Of a DNA stretch of 64,000 nt, positions 58,218-64,000 are shown one piece after another. Both the position numbers and the translations under genes were made by a program. This DNA is from Thermoplasmata archaeon (GTDB lineage Archaea; Thermoplasmatota; Thermoplasmata; Lutacidiplasmatales; UBA184), in contig JAKIWX010000001.1 of the NCBI GenBank assembly GCA_022749845.1, forward strand, positions 12,387 to 76,386, given 5' to 3'. Positions within the stretch are counted from its first letter, which is position 1. Each line of letters starts with the position of its first letter. The notes beneath the pieces are model-generated. The model saw only the letters and a list, made by a program, of their open reading frames with translations. It made no database searches and was not told the DNA's origin.

Positions 58218-59102
58218 GTGATCGGGCCCGTTGTCCTCCTCGCCGGACTGCTGTACGCCGCGGTCGAGGACTGGCGGACGCGGGAGGTCTCGGACCGGCT
58301 CTGGATACTCCTGGCGGGGATTGGCGCGGTCGCGGGATTCGTGCTTTGGAGTCCCCAGACCGCCCTCGGCGGAGTCACGTGGGCCCTCCTCTCGGTGCTC
58401 GTCCTCGAGCATGTGCTGCCGTGGGACACGTGGGCGGAACGCCAACGCCCGTGGCTCCCCGGCGCGGTCGAGCTCGCGATCTACGTCGGCGTAGGTGCTG
58501 CCGTGCTTGGCGCTGCGTGGCGCTACGGCGTTGGCCCTTCCGGAGTGAGCGTCGCCGAGATCGCCGTGCTCGTCTCCGTCTGGTCCGCGCGCGGACTCTT
58601 CGAGCTCGGCGTCCTCTACGGGGGGGCGGACGCGAAGGCGCTCATCGCGTGCGCGATCCTCGTCCCGATCCTGGCCAACCCGCTCCTCTCGGTTCCGGAG
58701 AACGCGAGGGGGGCGCTCGGTTTCACGCCGTTCGCGATCATCGTTCTCCTCGACGGAGCACTGTTCTCGGTCGCGATCCCGCTCGCGATCGCGATCAAGA
58801 ACCTGGCGTCCGGGGATTTCGAGTTCCCACGGGGTTTCACGGGTTACCTCATTCCGGTCGACGAGCTGCCCCGCAGATTCGTCTGGCTCAAGGACCCGTG
58901 GCTTCACGGGGAAGAGGAGGGGGTAGAGAGCACGGAGGAGGACATCGCGTTGCGCCGTCGCCAGGCCGCCGCGCTGAAATCCCAAGGGGCGACGGAGGTC
59001 TGGGTGACACCGCAGGTGCCGTTCCTCATCCTGTTGTTCGCGGGCGCTGTGGCCGGGACGCTCGCGGGGAACTTGCTGTTCGACCTCCTTGCCCTCCTCT
59101 GA
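58218..59102 (+). CDS. Type IV prepilin/preflagellin peptidase (A24 family, PibD/FlaK-like).
   Basis: First catalytic Asp in '[13 protein letters not shown]'; second in '[10 protein letters not shown]'; polytopic membrane protein; GTG start. Confidence 0.75.
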   Translation: MIGPVVLLAGLLYAAVEDWRTREVSDRLWILLAGIGAVAGFVLWSPQTALGGVTWALLSVLVLEHVLPWDTWAERQRPWLPGAVELAIYVGVGAAVLGAAWRYGVGPSGVSVAEIAVLVSVWSARGLFELGVLYGGADAKALIACAILVPILANPLLSVPENARGALGFTPFAIIVLLDGALFSVAIPLAIAIKNLASGDFEFPRGFTGYLIPVDELPRRFVWLKDPWLHGEEEGVESTEEDIALRRRQAAALKSQGATEVWVTPQVPFLILLFAGAVAGTLAGNLLFDLLALL

Positions 59103-59148
59103 GCGAAGGAAACCTTTTCCCCGAGGCCCCGCTCGCGCGGGGTACGCT

Positions 59149-59565
59149 ATGGCCCGAGAGTCGCGTCGGCCCCCGATCCGCGTGCTCATCGCCAAGCCCG
59201 GGCTCGACGGCCACGACCGCGGCGCCAAGATCGTCGCGCGCGCGCTGCGCGATGCCGGAATGGAGGTCATCTACGCCGGCCTCAGGCAAACTCCCGAGGA
59301 GATCGTCGAGAGCGCCCTCGAGGAGGACGTCGACCTGATCGGGCTTTCGATCCTGAGCGGAGCGCACATGGTGCTCTTCCCCCGCGTCCTCAACCTGCTT
59401 CGTTCGAGGAAGGCTGCCCGGATCCCGCTGTTCGCGGGCGGGATCATTCCCGACGAAGACGCCCGGAAGCTGCGCAAGCTCGGGGTGAAGGCGATCTTCG
59501 GACCTGGCGCCTCGCTCGAGGAGATCGTGCGGACCGCCCGGTCGATCGCCCGACCCCGCACATGA
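59149..59565 (+). CDS. mcmA2: Methylmalonyl-CoA mutase B12-binding (small/C-terminal) subunit.
   Basis: '[33 protein letters not shown]' (DxHxxG cobalamin motif). Confidence 0.85.
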   Translation: MARESRRPPIRVLIAKPGLDGHDRGAKIVARALRDAGMEVIYAGLRQTPEEIVESALEEDVDLIGLSILSGAHMVLFPRVLNLLRSRKAARIPLFAGGIIPDEDARKLRKLGVKAIFGPGASLEEIVRTARSIARPRT

Positions 59566-60539
59566 GGCGGCGCCCCCCCGTGCCCGCCGCGGCGCGGGCG
59601 ATCCTCGCGAGGGATCGGCTCGCGCTCGCCCGCCTCATCACGAAGGTGGAGAACCGGGACCACGGCGTTGCCCCCGTACTGCAGGCACTCTACCCGCACA
59701 CGGGCCGCGCGGCCGTTATCGGGCTCACCGGTCCGCTCGGCGTGGGCAAGTCCTCCCTCGTGAATTCCCTCCTGCAACTTCTTCGAAAGGCGGGGAAGCG
59801 GGTGGGCGTGATCGGCGTCGACCCCTCGAGCCCGTTCTCGGGGGGCTCGGTGCTTGGGGACCGAATCAGGATCGACCGGGATCCCGCGGACACCGGCATC
59901 TTCTTCCGGTCGATGGCGAGCCGCGGTCACCCGGGCGGGCTCGCGGCGGCGACCCGGGAGGTTGTGCGATTGCTCGATGCGTTCGGCATGGAGGTGGTCC
60001 TGCTCGAGACCGCCGGGACCGGGCAGGTCGACGTGGAGATCGGCGCCGTTGCCTCGACGAACGTCGTGGTGCTCGTCCCCCACCTCGGCGACGAGGTGCA
60101 GAGCCTCAAGGCGGGGCTCTTCGAGATCGCCGACGTATTCTGTGTGAACAAGTGCGACCTTCCCGGGGCGGACGGTGCGGCGCGGTACCTCGCCGAGCTC
60201 GTCGGACTCACTCCCCGCTCGGACGCCTGGCGTCCCCGGGTCGTCCAGGCGTCGACGGTCCTGGGCACCGGCATCGACGAGCTCTGGGCAGCCGTCGAGG
60301 CGCACGAGGCGTACCTGCGCACCAGCGGCTCCTTCGAAAAGGGAAACCGCACCCGGCTCGAAGCGGAGGTGCTCGAATTGTACCGCGAGCGCATCCTGGC
60401 GGGCGCCGTCGCGCAGGTCGAAGGGAGCCCCGAGCTCCGCCGCTTGCTGGACGAGGTCGAGGCCCGGCGGCTCGACCCCCGGGCCGCGGCGGACTCGCTC
60501 TACGAACGCAACCACGCGAGGCGTCGCCCGCGGTCATGA
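59562..60539 (+). CDS. meaB: MeaB/ArgK-type methylmalonyl-CoA-mutase-associated GTPase.
   Basis: '[16 protein letters not shown]', '[10 protein letters not shown]', 'LLETAGTGQ', 'NKCD'. Its start overlaps the mcmA2 stop (ATGA). Confidence 0.85.
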   Translation: MRRRPPVPAAARAILARDRLALARLITKVENRDHGVAPVLQALYPHTGRAAVIGLTGPLGVGKSSLVNSLLQLLRKAGKRVGVIGVDPSSPFSGGSVLGDRIRIDRDPADTGIFFRSMASRGHPGGLAAATREVVRLLDAFGMEVVLLETAGTGQVDVEIGAVASTNVVVLVPHLGDEVQSLKAGLFEIADVFCVNKCDLPGADGAARYLAELVGLTPRSDAWRPRVVQASTVLGTGIDELWAAVEAHEAYLRTSGSFEKGNRTRLEAEVLELYRERILAGAVAQVEGSPELRRLLDEVEARRLDPRAAADSLYERNHARRRPRS

Positions 60540-61096
60540 TCCTCCCGTTCTGGGTCCTCTACACCTTCCTCGGCGGAATCGTCGTCATTTCCTACTTCCT
60601 CTACGCCTCCTTCGCCTTCGGCGCCGGCTACCAGCCCGCCCCCCGAGCGGTCGTGGAGCGGATGCTCGGGGATGCTGCGGTCGGCCCCGAGGATACCCTA
60701 TTCGACCTCGGGGCGGGCACGGGCGCCATCATCTTTCGCGCCGCGCGGGAGCGCGGAGCCCGGGTCGTCGGAGTCGAGGTGGAGCCGGTGCGTGTGCTCA
60801 TCTTGCGCCTGCGGCGATGGGCGGGGGGACCGCGCGACCGGGTCCGAATCCAGTGGGGGAATCTGTACGGGACCGACTTTCGGCGAGCCACAGTGGTCGC
60901 CGTGTTCCTTTGGCCCGAGGCGATGGAGCGGCTCCGCCCTCTCCTCGAGACGCAGTTGGGAGCCGGCAGCCGGGTGGTGAGCCACTGGCATCCAATCGTC
61001 GGGTGGACGCCGGCCTCGGTGGACGCCCGCACCCGAGTCTATCTCTACCGATGGCCCGACGCTGGGCCAAGCGCCGCCCGCCCGACGGCGTCCTAA
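60536..61096 (+). CDS. Membrane-anchored class I SAM-dependent methyltransferase, translationally coupled to meaB.
   Basis: N-terminal TM '[22 protein letters not shown]'; motif I 'LFDLGAGTGAIIF'; 'VVGVEVEP'. ATG overlaps the meaB stop. Confidence 0.6.
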   Translation: MILPFWVLYTFLGGIVVISYFLYASFAFGAGYQPAPRAVVERMLGDAAVGPEDTLFDLGAGTGAIIFRAARERGARVVGVEVEPVRVLILRLRRWAGGPRDRVRIQWGNLYGTDFRRATVVAVFLWPEAMERLRPLLETQLGAGSRVVSHWHPIVGWTPASVDARTRVYLYRWPDAGPSAARPTAS

Positions 61097-61231
61097 CCGT
61101 GGTAGAGGAACCAGAGCGCGAGCCCGACCGCAAGTACGGCCAGGATCACACCGACCCCGATCCCCCAACCCCGGTAGCTTCCCTCTTCCGTGTCGGCAGC
61201 CCGAGGAGTCGAGGTGGCGGTGAGCGTCATT

Positions 61232-61930
61232 TCAGATCTCGGGGGCCGAACGGACTTCGGCCATATATCGACCTCCGACGCTAGCCGTCGGTTGAGTAGT
61301 CGCCGTTCTCCAGGAAGCTCCCGAGGCGGCTGCAAACGAGAGGGCGGCGTGACCAGAAAGTGCGCTCGTGGACGTCACGTTGAACCACCCCATCATTCCG
61401 AGCGTAGAATGGTCGTCCACTTCGCAGACGTAGCGGAAGAGACCAACGGTCGTCGCGTTGAAGCTGAAGTTCTTCACGGTGCCCGGGGGCAGCCCGGTGA
61501 ATCGGGTCGGACCGGTGAGACCGGCGCCGGGGAACACGGGGGAGGCGTTGGTGGGTCCCGTGCCCGGAATGAGGTCCCAGCTGTGGTTCGATCCCGCGGC
61601 GGGGTCGACCCGGAGCGTCACCTCCACGGAGCTTCCCACCCCGACCTTGAGGCAAGGACCCGGGTTCGTGCCGTTGTAGTTCGTATCCCCCCGTTCCCCC
61701 GCGATGAGCACGAAGTGGTAGGTGCCGGTGACGTTCCGCCCTTCGCACGTGGGGGAGCCGCCCCCGTGTCCCGGGTACGTGCCGGGGATCGACCCGCCGA
61801 GCAGGTTGGCGCTCCCGAGATACCCAACGCCGACGGCGAGCAGCGTCCCGACGACAAACAGGAGCACCACGAGCCGTGTTGGGTCCGCCCCCAACCCGGA
61901 TTCGGCTCCGGGGGCCGCGTGGGGCTCCAT
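61232..61930 (-). CDS. Membrane-anchored cupredoxin (halocyanin/plastocyanin-like blue copper protein).
   Basis: TM 'LVVLLFVVGTLLAVGVGYLG'; 'YHFVLIAG' His region; 'FRYVCEVDDHSTLGMMGWFNVT' Cys-His-Met ligand cluster. The 3' end is uncertain; the ORF has no early stop. Confidence 0.55.
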   Translation of the reverse strand: MEPHAAPGAESGLGADPTRLVVLLFVVGTLLAVGVGYLGSANLLGGSIPGTYPGHGGGSPTCEGRNVTGTYHFVLIAGERGDTNYNGTNPGPCLKVGVGSSVEVTLRVDPAAGSNHSWDLIPGTGPTNASPVFPGAGLTGPTRFTGLPPGTVKNFSFNATTVGLFRYVCEVDDHSTLGMMGWFNVTSTSALSGHAALSFAAASGASWRTATTQPTASVGGRYMAEVRSAPEI

Positions 61931-62105
61931 ACGGCGGTGCGAAGATGCGGTCGCTTTGAACTTGCCGTACCAACTCTCGCCGACGAGCGGTGCCTCGTGG
62001 AGCCCCAGCCCGTAGCCCGGGCCCGGGGGGTGGGGAACAGCCCTCGGACGCACGAGGGCCCGCTTCCGGAGAATGCTTATGGGCCCGGACGCTCCCGACC
62101 GAGAG

Positions 62106-62846
62106 ATGGCCGAGAATCGAAGGGCCCGGTACATCGCCGAGTACATCGGAACGTTCGGCTTGCTGCTGATCGGGGGGGGCGCCGCGGTGTTCACGCTGCC
62201 CCCTACCGACGGTACCGCCCGCGACCTCGTCGTCTCGTTCGCGTTCGGCGCGGTGCTCCTCGGACTCGCCTACGCCTTCGGTGACCTCTCGGGGGCCCAC
62301 TTCAATCCAGCCGTCACGATCTCCTTCGCCGCCTCCGGCCGGTTCCGCTGGGGGGAAGTTCCCGCCTACCTCGCTGCCCAAGTGCTGGGCGGACTCACGG
62401 GGATCGGCGTAGTGCTCGGGATCGCGAGCGGCGGCGGATCCGCTGCCAACGCGGCGAGCGCGCAGGGGTTCGCCCTCGGCTCGCAGTGCTTTTCGGGGTT
62501 GGGGGCGCCGCCAGGGTGCGCGTACTCGCTCGGGTCCGTGTTCCTCATCGAGGTGGCTCTCGGGTTCAGCTTCATCCTCGTCATCCAGCTCGTCACGCGC
62601 TCCGACAGCTCGGCGAAGAACCTGGCGCCGGTCGCCATCGGCCTGGTGCTGCTCGTGACCAACCTCGTGGCCATCCCGGTCGACGGTGCGTCGCTCAACC
62701 CGGTGCGTTCCTTCTCCCCCGCGCTCCTCTCGGCCGCGGTGTGGCCTTCCGCCCGCTGGGCCCTCTCCGAGAGCTGGCTGTTCTGGATCGCACCCATCTT
62801 CGGGGGGCTACTCGCGTCCCTGGCCGAACGGAGCCTCCGTTCGTAG
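62106..62846 (+). CDS. aqpM: Aquaporin / MIP-family channel.
   Basis: Two NPA boxes 'HFNPAVT' and 'SLNPVRS'; 6 TM. Confidence 0.8.
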   Translation: MAENRRARYIAEYIGTFGLLLIGGGAAVFTLPPTDGTARDLVVSFAFGAVLLGLAYAFGDLSGAHFNPAVTISFAASGRFRWGEVPAYLAAQVLGGLTGIGVVLGIASGGGSAANAASAQGFALGSQCFSGLGAPPGCAYSLGSVFLIEVALGFSFILVIQLVTRSDSSAKNLAPVAIGLVLLVTNLVAIPVDGASLNPVRSFSPALLSAAVWPSARWALSESWLFWIAPIFGGLLASLAERSLRS

Positions 62847-62891
62847 CGGGGTCGCCGGAGCTGCCGGCGCCCGCGGGCCCGGGTGCGGGGA

Positions 62892-63755
62892 CTACTCCGT
62901 TCCCGTCGCCGCGGGCGGCGAGGCCGCCTCGGCAACCTCGGCGGGTGTGGGGTGGGCGCGCGCCCCGGTCGTCGCCGCCTTTCCTCCCGAGTGCTTCTCC
63001 TTCGGCTTCGATTCCGGCGGAGCCGCCACGGGCGTTTCGTACTCTTCGACGATCCGGATGACCTTCGGGTGGAGGTGCTCCCGTAGCCGCTCGATGACGC
63101 GGGGCTTCGCCGCGAGCCAGGTGAAGTCGAACTTCGACCGATCGGGGACGTGGAGGACGAGGCTGCCTTCGTGGCTCTCCACCTTGAACTCGCCGCCCCG
63201 GCCGTACACGATCTCCAGGATGGCGTGCGCCTGCTCGGCCGGGGAGGTGATCGGCTCCACGATACGGAACTTCCCCTCGATCTTCCGGCCGGCGAGGGGC
63301 GGATTGAAGTCCACCCGCACCCGCGCTGCCGTCAGGCTCACGACGCGTCCGCGCCGGCCCCGGATCGTGAGAACGGTGCCGATGTCGAGATGGGCGTCGT
63401 CCCGGCGCATCTCGGGCAGCCGCTCGATCTCGTGCATCGAGAACAGCTCGATGAGCTTCGGGTCCCGCTCTCCGAACGCCTCGCCGGGCGGGAACTCGCG
63501 CGTGAACTCCTCCCCCACCTTGGCGCTCGCGACCGCGGCCTCGATACCTGTTGGGAAGTAATCCCCGCCGATCGCGTGGGCGCGGGGACCGAACTTGAAA
63601 CCGTCGGGCGCCTTCCAGTTGGCCGTCGTGGCGACCTCCTCGCGGGTCGTCTCGACGAGCTCCTTCGTTCCGCCCGTGTCGCTCCAGATCTCGAAGTCGA
63701 GCCGGACTAGCTCACCCGCCTCGACCGCCTTCGCGGTGGAGGAGTGCGTCGACAT
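62892..63755 (-). CDS. Long-type archaeal FKBP peptidyl-prolyl isomerase with IF and C-terminal domains.
   Basis: 'AGELVRLDFEIWSDTGG...ETT' FKBP core; insert-in-flap region; 'VSLTAARVRVDFNPPLAGRKIEGKFRIVE' second-domain pattern; Ala/Pro-rich tail. Confidence 0.8.
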   Translation of the reverse strand: MSTHSSTAKAVEAGELVRLDFEIWSDTGGTKELVETTREEVATTANWKAPDGFKFGPRAHAIGGDYFPTGIEAAVASAKVGEEFTREFPPGEAFGERDPKLIELFSMHEIERLPEMRRDDAHLDIGTVLTIRGRRGRVVSLTAARVRVDFNPPLAGRKIEGKFRIVEPITSPAEQAHAILEIVYGRGGEFKVESHEGSLVLHVPDRSKFDFTWLAAKPRVIERLREHLHPKVIRIVEEYETPVAAPPESKPKEKHSGGKAATTGARAHPTPAEVAEAASPPAATGTE

Positions 63756-63815
63756 GTCGGCGCCGACACGCCTCCCTCTAAAAGCCTTGGGGGGAGCCGT
63801 CCCGTCGAGGGCAGC

Positions 63816-64000
63816 TCACCGACGACCCGCGTGTGCCCGACCGCTCCAGCCGTAGTGGCGCCAGCCCTGGAAGGCCCCCCATACGGTCGCCCAGCGACGC
63901 GGGATTTCCAGGATGCGCCAGCGCAGCCCCGGGTACTTTCGGTCCCAACGCACGCCGGAGACGGTAAGGGCGAGCGCGAGACCCCCGAGGAGGAGAGCCC
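63816..64000 (-). CDS. 3' end of a hypothetical (probably membrane) protein; the gene continues beyond the window.
   Basis: Open frame '...GLALALTVSGVRWDRKYPGLRWRILEIPRRW...' ending at TGA 63816-63818. Too short to classify. Confidence 0.2.
   Translation of the reverse strand, partial: ALLLGGLALALTVSGVRWDRKYPGLRWRILEIPRRWATVWGAFQGWRHYGWSGRAHAGRR

Noticed and set aside
61093-61335. 80-aa ORF with a C-terminal TM helix overlapping the 3' region of the cupredoxin frame.
   Set aside because: It overlaps a better-supported gene in another frame on the same strand and has no recognisable family. It could be real (45-aa TM peptide from 'MTLTAT') but is unsupported.
1-64000. CRISPR arrays, transposases/IS elements, rRNA genes.
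   Set aside because: No spaced direct repeats, no transposase/integrase-like ORFs and no rRNA-like conserved stretches were noticed on reading through the window. The Cas4-like proteins are therefore treated as stand-alone nucleases.

Overview
The window is a high-GC (roughly 65-70%) archaeal chromosomal segment. Several archaeal hallmark genes are present: TFB, archaeal PheT, Pth2, aIF2-gamma, S6e, PurP, a class-III-signal pilin pair and a prepilin peptidase. Most open frames on the opposite strand of real genes are GC-driven artefacts (Arg/Gly/Pro/Ala-rich), so I called genes only where the translation shows recognisable family motifs.

Part 1 - content. The left 20 kb is a peptide-acquisition neighbourhood:
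- two paralogous family-5 solute-binding proteins, each fused to an N-terminal PKD domain, the second with an N-terminal TM anchor;
- a minus-strand oppBCDF-type ABC permease/ATPase operon;
- a membrane-anchored sedolisin (S53) protease with a C-terminal zinc-ribbon tail;
- two paralogous ACT-like putative regulators flanking an antisense C2H2 zinc-finger gene;
- plus pth2, srp54 and a gltD-like oxidoreductase.

A long co-directional string then follows: SBP2, pheS, pheT, mcmA1 (MCM catalytic subunit), mce, eno, rps2, and a TrmB-HTH/V4R regulator. Downstream are:
- a MEDS-domain protein and a HAD hydrolase;
- a 1233-aa Kelch-propeller/4xPKD surface protein;
- tfb, a Cas4-like PD-(D/E)XK nuclease, and purP;
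- a dual-specificity phosphatase and SAM methyltransferase operon;
- an ABC-2 exporter, a zinc-ribbon mini-protein, and a GAF (fRMsr-like) protein;
- a putative archaeal phosphopantothenate synthetase, acyl-CoA dehydrogenase, nadB-like oxidase, a protein with two tandem PD-(D/E)XK/Cys-cluster modules, a GNAT acetyltransferase, prs, and an MFS transporter;
- two tandem type-IV-pilin-like genes with near-identical 5' ends, signal peptidase I, and a cyclase-family protein;
- a Trm112-like protein, aIF2-gamma, rps6e, and prepilin peptidase;
- an mcmA2 (B12 subunit), meaB and membrane-methyltransferase operon;
- a cupredoxin, an aquaporin and a long FKBP.

I recognised no rRNA, tRNA, CRISPR array or transposase.

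Part 2 - hunt. The most interesting candidates are: (i) the PKD-SBP / Opp / anchored-sedolisin / ACT-regulator / antisense-ZnF locus as a possible integrated extracellular proteolysis, peptide import and sensing module; (ii) the duplicated Cas4-like module protein and the stand-alone Cas4-like nuclease with no CRISPR nearby; (iii) the tandem pilins with identical leader segments next to processing peptidases; (iv) unusual fusions: TrmB+V4R, sedolisin+TM+Zn-ribbon, a large OppD insertion, and the phosphatase+methyltransferase operon. All functional assignments rest on motif recognition by eye; no database search was run.
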